The notes below the pieces were generated by a model. It was not told where the DNA came from. It was given only the letters and a program-made list of their open reading frames with translations, and made no database searches. Positions 30,553 through 41,245 of a stretch of 64,000 nt of DNA are shown here, one piece after another. The stretch is from an uncultured Gemmatimonadales bacterium. Its GTDB lineage: Bacteria; Gemmatimonadota; Gemmatimonadetes; Gemmatimonadales; GWC2-71-9. Location of the stretch: the NCBI GenBank assembly GCA_963730185.1, contig CAVSQW010000012.1, positions 370,978 through 434,977 of the forward strand, written 5' to 3'. The position numbers and the translations under genes are program-made. Each line of letters opens with the position of its first letter. Position 1 is the stretch's first letter.

Positions 30553-32736
30553 ATGAAGAAGCTCGCCTACGCGCTCGCGGCGCTTTCCCTTGCCTGCTCC
30601 CCCCGCCCGGCCCCGAACCCCGACGTGGGCCGCTGGGAGGCCCAGGCCCAGAACGTCACCATCGTCCGCGACGACTGGGGCATCGCCCACGTCCACGGAA
30701 AGACCGACGCCGACGCCGTGTTCGGGGTGGTCTACGCCCAGGCCGAGGACGATTTCAACCGGGTCGAGACCAACTACGTCAACGCCATGGGACGGCTCGC
30801 CGAGGCAGAGGGCGAGGGCGAGATCTGGCGTGACCTCCGGATGAAGCTGTTCATCGACCCCGACAGCATGCAGACCATCTACGCCGCGAGCCCCGACTCG
30901 CTCAAGGTGCTGATGAACGCCTTCGCCGACGGGCTCAACTACTACCTCTACACCCATCCTCAGGTGAAGCCGCGGGTGATCACCCACTTCGAGCCTTGGA
31001 TGGCCCTGACCTTCAGCGAGGGGAGCATCGGGGGCGACATCGAGCGGGTGAACCTCCGCGAGCTGGAGGCGTTCTACGGGAGGCACCCAGTTAGCAACCT
31101 GGCCCTGACCGACGCCGCCGAGGCTGACGGTCCCGCGGAGCCGACCGGCTCCAACGGGTTCGCCATCGCACCGAGCAACACCAAGGACGGCCACGCGCTG
31201 CTCTGGATCAATCCCCACACGTCTTTCTTCTTCCGGGCCGAGCTCCAGGCCACCAGCGACGAGGGGCTCGACGCCTACGGTGCCGTGACCTGGGGCCAGT
31301 TCTTCATCTATCAGGGCTTCAACGCCCACGCCGGCTGGATGCACACCTCGAGCGGGGTGGACAACATCGACGAGTACGCCGAGACCATCGTCAAGAAGGG
31401 CGACAGCCTGTTCTACAAGTACGGCACCGAGCTCCGGCCGGTGATCACGAGCACCATCGCCGTCCCCTTCACGACCGACACCGGGATGGCCACCCGGCGG
31501 TTCACGGTCTACCGGACCCATCACGGGCCGATCGTCCGCGCGGCCGACGGCAAGTGGATCAGCGTCCGGCTGATGGAGGAGCCGATGAAGGCGCTGACCC
31601 AGTCGTACTACCGGACCAAGACCACCGACTACCAGAGCTTCCGGCAGGTGATGGAGCTCCACACCAACTCGTCGAACAATACCGTGTTCGCGGACGGCCA
31701 GGGCAACATCGCCTACTTCCACTCGAACTTTATCCCGAAGCGCGACACCCGGTTCGACTGGACCAAGCCGGTGGACGGGAGCGACCCGGCGACCGAGTGG
31801 ATGGGCGTGCACTCGATCGACGAGACCCCGAACGCGCTGAACCCGCCCAACGGCTGGATCCAGAACACCAACAACTGGCCCTACTCGGTGGCCGGCGCCA
31901 ACAGCCCCAAGCAGAAGGACTATCCCGCCTACATGGAGACCGGCGGGGAGAACCCGCGCGGGGTCCACGCCATCCGGGTGCTCTCGGGCAAGAAGGACTT
32001 TACCATCGAGTCGCTCCGGGACGCGGCATTCGACAGCTATCTGACGGAGTTCGCGATCCTGGTGCCTCGGCTCCTGGACGCCTACCGAAAGACCCCGGCG
32101 ACGAATCCCCTCAAGAAGAAGCTGGCCGAGCCGATCGACTCGCTGGCAAAGTGGGACCTGCGGTGGGGCGTGGGCTCGGTGCCGACGGCGGTGGCCGTCT
32201 TCTGGGGACGGGAGCTCTTCCGGGGCGCCATGCCGGAGGTCCGGAAATCCGGCGGCTCGCCCTACGACTACATCGAGCACGCCTCGGCGGCCCAGCAGCT
32301 GGCGGCGCTGGACTCGGCGGTGACCAAGCTGACGGCGGACTTCGGGACCTGGAAGACGCCCTGGGGCGACATCAACCGGTTCCAGCGGATCACCGGCGAC
32401 ATCGAGCAGCCGTTCGACGACGCGAAGCCGAGCCTTCCGGTGGGCTTCACGTCGTCGCGGTGGGGGTCGCTGGCGTCGTTCGGGGCCAACCCGTACCAGG
32501 GCTCGAAGAAGCTCTACGGTACCAGCGGCAACAGCTTCGTGGCCGCGGTGGAGTTCGGCGACAGCGTCCGGGCCATCGCCATCACCGCGGGCGGCGAGAG
32601 CGGGCATCCGAGCTCGAAGCACTTCAACGACGAGGCCGAGCGATACGCGACGGGCAATCTCCGGCCGGTGTACTACTACCCGAACCAGCTGGTGGGCCAC
32701 ACCGAGCGGACGTATCACCCCGGTGGGGCCCAGTAG
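30553..32736 (+). CDS. Penicillin acylase family (S45) Ntn hydrolase, lipoprotein
   Basis: Lipobox SLAC; IVRDDWGIAHV, YAQAED, G|SNGFAIAP nucleophile, INPH, QNTN. Confidence 0.92.
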   Translation: MKKLAYALAALSLACSPRPAPNPDVGRWEAQAQNVTIVRDDWGIAHVHGKTDADAVFGVVYAQAEDDFNRVETNYVNAMGRLAEAEGEGEIWRDLRMKLFIDPDSMQTIYAASPDSLKVLMNAFADGLNYYLYTHPQVKPRVITHFEPWMALTFSEGSIGGDIERVNLRELEAFYGRHPVSNLALTDAAEADGPAEPTGSNGFAIAPSNTKDGHALLWINPHTSFFFRAELQATSDEGLDAYGAVTWGQFFIYQGFNAHAGWMHTSSGVDNIDEYAETIVKKGDSLFYKYGTELRPVITSTIAVPFTTDTGMATRRFTVYRTHHGPIVRAADGKWISVRLMEEPMKALTQSYYRTKTTDYQSFRQVMELHTNSSNNTVFADGQGNIAYFHSNFIPKRDTRFDWTKPVDGSDPATEWMGVHSIDETPNALNPPNGWIQNTNNWPYSVAGANSPKQKDYPAYMETGGENPRGVHAIRVLSGKKDFTIESLRDAAFDSYLTEFAILVPRLLDAYRKTPATNPLKKKLAEPIDSLAKWDLRWGVGSVPTAVAVFWGRELFRGAMPEVRKSGGSPYDYIEHASAAQQLAALDSAVTKLTADFGTWKTPWGDINRFQRITGDIEQPFDDAKPSLPVGFTSSRWGSLASFGANPYQGSKKLYGTSGNSFVAAVEFGDSVRAIAITAGGESGHPSSKHFNDEAERYATGNLRPVYYYPNQLVGHTERTYHPGGAQ

Positions 32737-32748
32737 CGGCCCGCCGGT

Positions 32749-35700
32749 CTACGGCTTCAAGAGCGTCTTGACCGCGGCCTCGATCTGCTGATCGCGGCCG
32801 GCGGTCAGGACCGCCGGCTCGTTGGGCACCCGGATGTCCGGCTCCAGCTGGGTCCCCTCGCCGAACTTTCCGTCCGGCATCCGCCACCCGCCCATCGGGA
32901 TCCCGAACACGATCGTGGGATCGATCTGCCGCTCCCACCAGACGAAGGTGCCCGTCCCCGGCACCGGCATCCCCAGCGTCTGGCCGATGCCCTTGAGCTT
33001 GTACGCCAGCGGGAAGAGGTGGGCATCGGAGTAGTCGCCCTCGTTGATCAGGACGATCGACGGCTTGGTCCACTTGTCGGAGGGTTCGAACCCGACCCGC
33101 TGGCCGTGCGGCACGATGTCGAAGTAAACCTTGCCGCTCAGGAAGTCGGAGAGCTGCTCGTGGATGTTGCCGCCCCCGTTGAACCGGGTGTCGACGATCA
33201 CCGCCTGCTTGCCCCATCCCCTTCCCAGGACCTCCTCGAACACGTCCCGCATGCTGGCATCGTTCATCGAGCGGACGTGGACGTACCCGATCTTCCCGCC
33301 CGAGAGCGAGTCGACCTCAACCCGGCGCTGGCGAACCCAGCGCTCGTAGAGGAGCTGGTTCTCCTCGCCCCCGCCGATCGCCGTGATCGACTCGTCCCAA
33401 CGCTGGTTGGTCGCGGGATCGAGCAGGGTGAGCAGCACCAGCTGGTCGTCCTTGCGGTTGAGGAGGGTGTAGAAGTCGAGGTCCGGTCCGATCGCCCGGC
33501 CATCGATCTTCTCGATCACGTCGCCGGCCTTGATCCGGGAGGCCGCTTTGTCGGCGGGCCCGCCGGTGACCACCTCCGCGATCTTGACGCCGTTCCCGGA
33601 GTAGGAAAAATCGTAGAGCAGGCCCAGCTCCGCGGTCTGATCCGTGTTCGGCCGGCCGGCGGCGAATCGGGCCCCCGTGTGGGAGGCGTTGACCTCGCCC
33701 AGCATCTCGCTCAGCATCTCGGCGAAGTCGTAGTTGTTGTCGATGTACGGCAGGAACCGCCGGTACTCCCGGTAGTAGTAGCCCCAATCGGCGCTGGTGA
33801 TCTCCGGGAGATAGAACTTCTCCTTGAACTGCCGCCAGGCGTGGTCGAAGATGTAGGCCCGCTCGTTCCCCGCCTTGAGCACCATCTCGCCCTTGGTATG
33901 GATCGGCGCCGCCTTCCCGTCGTCGGTCCCGATCTTCATCGCCTTCCCGTCCGCGAGCAGGAACAGGAACTTCCCGTCGGGCGAGAGCTCCATGCCGGCC
34001 CGGCGGGCGCCCAGCTTGGTGAAGAGCTTGGTTTCGCCGGTGCGGGGCTCGGTGACCCAGAGATCGGTGCCCTTGTCGAAGACCGTGAGGTAGAAGAGCT
34101 TCTCGCCGTCCTTGGAGAGCACCCAGTCGCGCACGGGTGAGGTGTGGGTGGTGAGCCGCTTCTTCCGCTCGTCCAGGTTGGCCCAGTCGATGGTGATCGC
34201 GGAGGCACCGGAGTCCGCGGCCGCGCCCTTGGCGTCCTTCTTCGCCTTGGCGGCCGAGTCCTCGGGCTCCTTCACCAGGGCCAGTTCGTCCTTGCTCAGC
34301 TGGAAGCGGTCCCATGCCGCCCGCGAGAAGAACATCGCATAGACGTCGCCGCTGAAGTTGCCGCCGCCCTGCTCGCGGGTGCCCTCGCGGTCGGAGCTCC
34401 AGATCATCGCCTTGCCGCCCAGGACCCACTTGGGCTGGGCGTTGTCGTAGCCGCTGTGGGTCAGATCGTGGAGCTCGCCCTTCCCGTCGGCCGAGACCAG
34501 CCCGACCTGGGACGTGAAGATCCGGTCGTGAAGCCCGAACTGCACCAGGAACCACTTCCCGTCCGGCGACCAGGTGTAGTACTGGTCGCCGTCGGCGTAG
34601 GAATAGTTGTGGTCGGCGGTGAGGATGGTGCGGGTCGCTTTGGTGGCCAGGTTGATGACCTTGAGGACGACCCGGTTTTCGAGATAGGCCACCTCCTTCC
34701 CGTCCGGCGAGAAGCTCGGCTGATACTCCTCGGCCGACGTGGCGACGACCGGCTGCTCCTCGAGCACGGTCGAGGCGTAGAAGTAGGGCTCTTCCTTCCG
34801 GGTGATCGACGTCCGGTACACGTTCCACGAGCTGTCCCGCTCGGCCGCGTAGACCAGAGAACGGCCGTCGGGGCTCCACTGGACGCTCCGCTCCTGCCAC
34901 GGCGTGTCGGTGATCCGCTTGGTGACGCTGCCGTCGAGGCTGCTGACGAAGATCTCGCCCCGGAACACGTAGGCGAACTCCTTGCCGTCGGGCGAGAGCG
35001 CCGCCTCGGTGAACCCGCCGTCGACCGGGACGATCTGGTCGATGGCCTGCCGGCCGTCCACCGCGATCCGGATCGCGACCTTCTTGGGTTCGGCGCCCGG
35101 CCTCATGGTGTAGATCTCGCCGTCGTACCCGAAGCAGAGGAGCCCGTCGTCGGCCCGGGTCAGGAAGCGGACCGGGTTCCGGGTGAAGTGGGTGACGGCG
35201 GTCGAGGCCGAAGGATCGGACAAGGAGCTCCGGTACACATTGAAGGAGCCGCTCTGCTCGGTCAGGTAGTAGAAGCCGTTGCCGTCGGCGTCGAAGACCG
35301 GATTCCGGTCCTCGCCCTTGAACTGGGAGACCTGGCGATACTGGTGAGTGCCCAGGTCGTAGGTCCAGATGTCGCGGGTGACGGACGAGGTGTGGTGCTT
35401 CCGCCATTCGCTCTCGTAACCCTTCACGTCCTCGTAGATCAGCCTGTCGCCCCGTTTGGAGACCGTGGCGTTCACCGCGGGCACCGGGAGGGTCATCGAG
35501 ACCTTGCCGCCAGTGACCGGCACCGAGTAAAGCTGGGTCAAGAGCCCACTCGGGAACTGGGCGTTGGTGGCCAGCTCCTGCCGGTAGGCGGAGAAGAGGA
35601 CGGCCTGGTCATCGGCGGTGAAGCTGCTCGGGATCTCGCGGGCGGAGTGGAACGTGAGCCTGGTCGCCTCGCCGCCGGTGGCCGGCATCACGAACACGTC

Positions 35701-35988
35701 GAAGTTGCCGTAGCGGTCCGACGCGAAGGCGATCGACTTCCCATCGTGGCTCCAGACCGGGGCGAACTCATACGACTCGCCCACGGTGAGCGGGACGGCC
35801 GAGCCACCGGCCGCGGGAACCGAATAGAGGTCGCCGCGATAGCCGAAGACGATGGTCTGTCCGTCGGGCGAGATGGCGGGGTACCGGAGCCAGAGCGGAT
35901 TCTGGGCGGCGCCACCGGCCGGCAGTAGGAAGACGAGCCCGGCCAGCAGGGCCAGGCGACGGGTATTTCGAAGGATGGTGAGCGCCAT
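32749..35988 (-). CDS. S41 family peptidase (tricorn protease-like)
   Basis: WLRYPAISPDG, propeller repeats, GEVNASH, PDZ-like segment, IGYVHV, DTRFNGGG, YSDAH, PVPGTG. Confidence 0.92.
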   Translation of the reverse strand: MALTILRNTRRLALLAGLVFLLPAGGAAQNPLWLRYPAISPDGQTIVFGYRGDLYSVPAAGGSAVPLTVGESYEFAPVWSHDGKSIAFASDRYGNFDVFVMPATGGEATRLTFHSAREIPSSFTADDQAVLFSAYRQELATNAQFPSGLLTQLYSVPVTGGKVSMTLPVPAVNATVSKRGDRLIYEDVKGYESEWRKHHTSSVTRDIWTYDLGTHQYRQVSQFKGEDRNPVFDADGNGFYYLTEQSGSFNVYRSSLSDPSASTAVTHFTRNPVRFLTRADDGLLCFGYDGEIYTMRPGAEPKKVAIRIAVDGRQAIDQIVPVDGGFTEAALSPDGKEFAYVFRGEIFVSSLDGSVTKRITDTPWQERSVQWSPDGRSLVYAAERDSSWNVYRTSITRKEEPYFYASTVLEEQPVVATSAEEYQPSFSPDGKEVAYLENRVVLKVINLATKATRTILTADHNYSYADGDQYYTWSPDGKWFLVQFGLHDRIFTSQVGLVSADGKGELHDLTHSGYDNAQPKWVLGGKAMIWSSDREGTREQGGGNFSGDVYAMFFSRAAWDRFQLSKDELALVKEPEDSAAKAKKDAKGAAADSGASAITIDWANLDERKKRLTTHTSPVRDWVLSKDGEKLFYLTVFDKGTDLWVTEPRTGETKLFTKLGARRAGMELSPDGKFLFLLADGKAMKIGTDDGKAAPIHTKGEMVLKAGNERAYIFDHAWRQFKEKFYLPEITSADWGYYYREYRRFLPYIDNNYDFAEMLSEMLGEVNASHTGARFAAGRPNTDQTAELGLLYDFSYSGNGVKIAEVVTGGPADKAASRIKAGDVIEKIDGRAIGPDLDFYTLLNRKDDQLVLLTLLDPATNQRWDESITAIGGGEENQLLYERWVRQRRVEVDSLSGGKIGYVHVRSMNDASMRDVFEEVLGRGWGKQAVIVDTRFNGGGNIHEQLSDFLSGKVYFDIVPHGQRVGFEPSDKWTKPSIVLINEGDYSDAHLFPLAYKLKGIGQTLGMPVPGTGTFVWWERQIDPTIVFGIPMGGWRMPDGKFGEGTQLEPDIRVPNEPAVLTAGRDQQIEAAVKTLLKP

Positions 35989-36228
35989 GAGCGGGTTCCC
36001 GAGCGGAAGCGACGAGGAAGCAACCGGCTTGCTGCACATACTACCGTTCCAACGATCGGGACGCGAGCCGGGGCCGGAGGACCGCGGGCCACTTGGTGCG
36101 ACGCCAGGCGGCCAGATCGGCCGGGACCGCCAACGACCCGAGCCCGCCGTCGCAGGATCGCTCGCCCGCGGACCGAACCGACGGGTAGCTTGTGATGAAG
36201 ATCCAGTACGTTCCCAGAGGAGACCGAC

Positions 36229-37152
36229 ATGAAGATCGCCGTGATCGGCGCGGGTGGGGTGGGAGGATACTTCGGCGCCCGGCTGGCCGCCGCCGGTGAG
36301 GACGTCACCTTCATTGCGCGCGGCGAGCATCTCGCCGGGATGCAACGCGACGGCCTGCAGGTTCTCTCCCCCCTCGGCGACCTGGCTCTTCGGCCGACCC
36401 GAGCCACCGGCGACCCTGGGTCGGTCGGCCCGGTCGACCTGGTCCTCATCGCCGTCAAGCTCTGGAGCACCGAGGAAGCCCTCGATGCGGCGACCGCCCT
36501 GGTGGGGCCCTCCACCGCGCTGGTCTCGTTCCAGAACGGGGTCGACGCGGTCGATCGCCTGACCCGGCGGTTCGGCGCCTCCCGAGTGATGGGCGGCGCC
36601 GCCCGGATCGCCGCGGTGATCGAACGGCCCGGCGTGATCCGCCACAACGGCACCATGGCCAAGCTCGTCTTCGGCGAGCTCGACGGCAGCCGGAGCCCCC
36701 GGGCGGAGGCGCTGCTCGAGGCCTGCCGGCGCGCGAACGTCGACGCCGAGCTCACCGACCAGATCCAGCGGGCCATCTGGGAGAAGTTCGTCTTCCTGGT
36801 CGGGATCTCCGGACTCACCGCCCTCACCCGCCAGCCGGTCGGACCGGTCCGGAGCCACCCCCTGACCCGCGCGATGCTCCATGACGTCATGGCGGAGGTC
36901 TGGTCCGTCGCCCGGGCGCGGGGAGTCGCGCTGGCCGACGACCTGGTCGACAGGCTGATGACGTTCGCCGACGGACTCCCGGCCGCCATGGTGTCGTCGC
37001 TCCTGGGCGACCTCCAGCGAGGGAACCGGCTCGAGGTCGAATGGCTCTCGGGCAGGGTGGCGCGGATGGGAGCCGAGCTGGGCGTGCCGGCCCCGCTCAA
37101 CCGGGCCATCCAGGCGGCGCTCGCCCTGTGCGCCGAAGGGGCGCCCGGCTGA
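36229..37152 (+). CDS. panE: 2-dehydropantoate 2-reductase (ketopantoate reductase family)
   Basis: GAGGVGG, AVK, QNG, WEK, SSL..DL..G..LE; GAGGAG RBS. Confidence 0.85.
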   Translation: MKIAVIGAGGVGGYFGARLAAAGEDVTFIARGEHLAGMQRDGLQVLSPLGDLALRPTRATGDPGSVGPVDLVLIAVKLWSTEEALDAATALVGPSTALVSFQNGVDAVDRLTRRFGASRVMGGAARIAAVIERPGVIRHNGTMAKLVFGELDGSRSPRAEALLEACRRANVDAELTDQIQRAIWEKFVFLVGISGLTALTRQPVGPVRSHPLTRAMLHDVMAEVWSVARARGVALADDLVDRLMTFADGLPAAMVSSLLGDLQRGNRLEVEWLSGRVARMGAELGVPAPLNRAIQAALALCAEGAPG

Positions 37153-37368
37153 GGGCACTCGCCGGTCCGGATACCGAATCGCGACAGATCCGGGCTCGAA
37201 CGGGGTTGCATCGCAACCGCCACCGGAAAGAGACTTCCGGTGCGCGACGTGTTCGCGCCGCGGCACGGCGATCAGGCGGGCGGATGGCGCCCGGATCGAG
37301 CCCGGGCCGTGAGGAGAGGTCAGGCCCGACGGCCAGACCAGCTGGAGCAGGGAGAGGAGGAAGTACCG

Positions 37369-37644
37369 ATGCCCAAGAAGACCACCGGAACGTCCAGCAC
37401 GGCCAAGAGCACCAACGGGAAGGCACCCAGGACCCGGGCCAAGGCCCGGAAGGCGCCGGAGCGGAACGAAGAGGCAATCCGAATCCGGGCGTACGAGCTG
37501 TTTCTGGCCCGGGACGGCGCGTCGGGCTCCCAGATGGACGACTGGCTTCAAGCCGAGCGGGAGCTGGTCGTGGAGGCCGTGGGGACCGGCGGGCGTTCGA
37601 CCCCGAAAAGGCGGACCCCGAAAAGGCGGACCCCGAAAGCATAG
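37369..37644 (+). CDS. DUF2934 domain protein with basic tails
   Basis: IRIRAYELFLARDG..G....DWLQAEREL; GAGGAGG RBS. Confidence 0.85.
   Translation: MPKKTTGTSSTAKSTNGKAPRTRAKARKAPERNEEAIRIRAYELFLARDGASGSQMDDWLQAERELVVEAVGTGGRSTPKRRTPKRRTPKA
37599..37638 (+). repeat. 15-bp tandem repeat (about 2.7 copies) encoding TPKRR
   Basis: gaccccgaaaaggcg twice plus gaccccgaaa. Confidence 0.85.
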
Positions 37645-37744
37645 CCGTAAGGTGTTTCGTGACAACTGGTTATGCGAACCAGCCATTTCACGCTCCAGCC
37701 TCGGCTAACGGCACCGATTATCTCGGCGTGATCGGGTTCGGCGT

Positions 37745-39628
37745 TCAGGTGGGCTGAGACGTGCCAGGAGCCCGGCTCGAGGGTTCGCTCCCGTCCGGGC
37801 TCCAGTCGCTGAACATCTCCATCCCTTCGCCCAGCGCCTCCGCCAGGTGCGCCATTGTGACGAGCCCGATCACCTTCGGGCCCGTCCCGGACGCGGCGGG
37901 TGGTGCCAGCACGACCGCGACCGAGGCGTGAGCCGCCTGAAGACCGGCCAGCAGCGTGAAGATCGTGGCGTCCGGGCCGATCGTCATCCACGGCTCGGGA
38001 CGGAGCTCCGCCGCTCGGCCGACCGTGCAAGCCGCGCCCAGCTCGGCCGCGTGCGCTTGGGCCCACTCCCGGGACAACACCCCGACGACCGCGTTCCGAT
38101 CACACACCACCACATGGGGCGACTCCACCGGACCGTCGCCGGCCGTGAGGTGTTGGAGCGGGGCGTCGGCCGGGAACACCGCGGCCGGAACGAGGTGCAT
38201 GTCGCTCACATGATGGACGAGCGAGGCGTTGGCATGGAGCGCCTTGGGCATGTAGTGGCCCCGCCGGGCGAGCTTCATCGTATAGATGCTCTCGGCCAGC
38301 AGCAATCGGCGGAGCCCGTAGCTCGCCGCGACCGTCAGCGTCATGGGGAGCACGACGGCGTAATCGAGCGTCATCTCGAAAATCATGACGATCGCGGTGA
38401 GCGCCGCGCCGGTCGCGCCCGCCACCATGCCGGCCATCCCCGCCAGGGCGAGCGCGACCGGATCGATCTGCCAGGCTGGAAAGAGGACTTGGAGAGCGAT
38501 CCCATAGGCGGCGCCGACGGTGGCCCCCACGAACAGCGACGGCGAGAAGATGCCACCCGAGGCACCCGATCCGAGGGTGAGGGAGGTCGCCGCCAGCTTG
38601 AGCACGGCGAGGACGAGGAGCAGCCCGATCGCCGTCTGGCGCCCCGACAGCACCTCGGCGATGGTGGCATAGCCGACCCCCTCCACGTGGTAATGTCCCG
38701 TGAAGTGCATCAGGAGGGCGGCGATGACGCCTACCCCGAGCATCCCCACGACGTGCCGGAGATAGTCCCGATCGGGGAGGATCCGCTCGAAGAGGTCCTC
38801 GGCACCGTAGAGCCCCCGAATCAGCGCGACCGACGCGAGCGCCATGAGGCCGCCCAGACCGAGGTACGCCGGGAGCAACGCCACCTCGGTGCCGGCGGGC
38901 ATGTGAACGTCGGGAACCGGGAAGGCCGGGTGGGTGCCGAAGAAAAACTGACCGACGTAGGTGGCCGTCGCGGTGGCCAGGGCGACCGGGACCAGGGTTC
39001 GGACGCTGATTTCTGGCATCAGCACTTCCGCCGCGAACAGCACGCCGCCGATCGGGGTGTTGAACGTCGCGGCGATGCCGGCCCCGCCGCCGGCCGCGAC
39101 CAGGGTGGCGAGCTCCCAGCGAGTGACCCGCCAGAGCCGTCCCGACCAGGAACCGAAGGCCGCCCCGATCTGGATGATGGGTCCTTCCCGCCCCACCGAC
39201 CCCCCGCTCCCGATCGACGTTGCCGAGGCCAACGACTTGATCAGGGCGACAATCGGACGGATGACCCCCTTCTGGTAGTAGATGGCGTCCATCACCTCGG
39301 GCACGCCGTGCCCCTTGGCCTCCGGCGCGAAGTGCTTGATCAGGAACACCACGACAATGGCGCCAACGGCCGGTACCAAAATGACGCCGAGGCCCCACGG
39401 CGACGGCGGGGTGTGGACGAGAGTGTCGTACCGAAAGGAGAACGAGCCGAGGAAGAAGAGATGGTGAAGGAACCCGATGAGCGCTCGGAAGGCGAAGGCA
39501 CCCAGCCCGACCACACCGCCCAAAGCCACGCTCAGGAGCGCGAACCCGAACGGACCGAGCCCACCACGCCGGGTGTCCACCCGAAGGCGACCGCGGACGG
39601 GGGCCGGTCGGTCCCGGTCTCGCCCCAT
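37745..39628 (-). CDS. CLC family chloride channel/transporter with degenerate CBS tail
   Basis: GHGVPE, GGSVGREGP, FNTPIGG, SGGIFSP, ESIYT. Confidence 0.92.
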   Translation of the reverse strand: MGRDRDRPAPVRGRLRVDTRRGGLGPFGFALLSVALGGVVGLGAFAFRALIGFLHHLFFLGSFSFRYDTLVHTPPSPWGLGVILVPAVGAIVVVFLIKHFAPEAKGHGVPEVMDAIYYQKGVIRPIVALIKSLASATSIGSGGSVGREGPIIQIGAAFGSWSGRLWRVTRWELATLVAAGGGAGIAATFNTPIGGVLFAAEVLMPEISVRTLVPVALATATATYVGQFFFGTHPAFPVPDVHMPAGTEVALLPAYLGLGGLMALASVALIRGLYGAEDLFERILPDRDYLRHVVGMLGVGVIAALLMHFTGHYHVEGVGYATIAEVLSGRQTAIGLLLVLAVLKLAATSLTLGSGASGGIFSPSLFVGATVGAAYGIALQVLFPAWQIDPVALALAGMAGMVAGATGAALTAIVMIFEMTLDYAVVLPMTLTVAASYGLRRLLLAESIYTMKLARRGHYMPKALHANASLVHHVSDMHLVPAAVFPADAPLQHLTAGDGPVESPHVVVCDRNAVVGVLSREWAQAHAAELGAACTVGRAAELRPEPWMTIGPDATIFTLLAGLQAAHASVAVVLAPPAASGTGPKVIGLVTMAHLAEALGEGMEMFSDWSPDGSEPSSRAPGTSQPT

Positions 39629-39633
39629 CGCGA

Positions 39634-41167
39634 TCAGCCCTCCCGGAGGCCGGGCCGTCCCCGCTCGAGCACGAACGATTTGACGGTCGAGATCGGCGCG
39701 TCCGGTCGACTCACGTAGGGAACCACCCGGTAGTCCGCCCGCCAGCGGTCCCGGTCGAGCTCGCAGCGAACGTACCCGCGCTTGCCGTTGTAGAACTTGA
39801 GGTGCGGGTTGGCGGCCAGGATGTCGGCTACGCCCTCGAAGGCCTCGTTCCCGTCGCCACCCGAGCTGATCGAGGTCCCGACCAGCTCCGACGCGACCGC
39901 CGGCGAGGATTCGGCCCAGTCGCGTTTGAGATCGTTCGCCCAATTGGAGTGTACGTCGCCGGTCAGCACCACGGTGTCGGCCCCGCCCCGTCCGGCCACG
40001 AAGTCGAGCAGCCGCTGCCGGGCCGCGGGGTAGCCGTTCCAGGAGTCCATGTTGTAAGCCTGGCCTCGGCCCCGGGTCGTGATCGGCCTGGGCCATGAAC
40101 ACCTGGTTCGCGATCACCTGCCAGCGGGTTCTCGACGCCGTCATGGCATCGAACAGCCAGCGTTCCTGCTCGGGCCCCATCATCGTGGCTTGGGGGTCGT
40201 CGCGCTCGGGACAGGGTGGCTTGATTCGATCGCCGCAGGGCTGGTCGGTCCGGTACTGCCGGGTGTCGAGCACGTAGAACCGGGCCAGGGCGCCGACGTC
40301 GATGGTGCGATAGAGGCGGGCGTCGGGGCCGTGCGGGCGGGCCGTAACCCGGAGCGGCTGGTGTTCGAAGTAGGCCTGATAGGCAGCGGCCCGCCGGAGG
40401 CGGAACCGGTCGACCGGGTCGTGGGTGGCCGAGAAGTCGCCGGCGTAGTTGTTGGAGACCTCGTGATCGTCCCAGGTCACGATCCAGGGTCGCTCGGCGT
40501 GGGCGGCCTGGAGGTCGGCATCGCACTTGTAGAGGGCGTAGCGGTTCCGGTAGTCCTCGAGGGTCATCACCTCGGGGCTGGTGTGGTGCCGGGTGGCGCC
40601 GGGCATGACCCCGCCTTCGTAGATGTAGTCGCCCAAGTGGGCGACCAGATCGAGGTCTTCGCCGGCGAGATGCCGGTACGCCGTGTAGTAGCCCTGCTCG
40701 TAGTGCTGACAGGAGACGAAGGCGAAGCGGAGCCGGTCGGGGGTAGTGCCGACGGCGGGCATGGTTCGGGCCCGTCCCACCGCGCTCGCTGCGCCGCCCA
40801 CGTGGAAGCGGTACCAGTACCACCGGTCGGGCGCGAGCCCCTCGACCTCCACGTGGACGCTGTGGGCGAGCTCGGCCGGGGCGACGGCCGACCCCTTCCT
40901 CACGATCTTCCGCATCGACTCGTCGGCGGCGATCTCCCAACCGACGGTGGCATCGTCGGCGGGCATGCCGCCGCCCCTGAGGGGATCGGGAGCCAGCCGG
41001 GTCCAGAGGACAAAGCCATGGGGGGCCGGGTCACCGGAGGCCACGCCGAGCGAGAAGGGGTAGGCCTCGAAGCGGGGTCGGAGCCAGCGGCGCGGGCTCG
41101 AGCCGGTCACGGCCAGCGCGCCAAGGGAGAGGGTACGAATGAAGGTCCGGCGATCGAAGTCGAGCAT
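39634..41167 (-). CDS. phoD: Alkaline phosphatase D family, Tat-exported, one frameshift near 40070
   Basis: DRRTFI Tat motif, LGVASGDP, HLGDYIYE, TWDDHEV, LDTRQYR; after the shift MDSWNGY, LTGDVH. Confidence 0.92.
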
Positions 41168-41245
41168 CGCGTCCCGTGGATCCTCGAGGATGGACGGAAG
41201 ATAGCGCGGCGTCCGGACGAGCCCATTCGGCCGGCTCCCGAGTTC

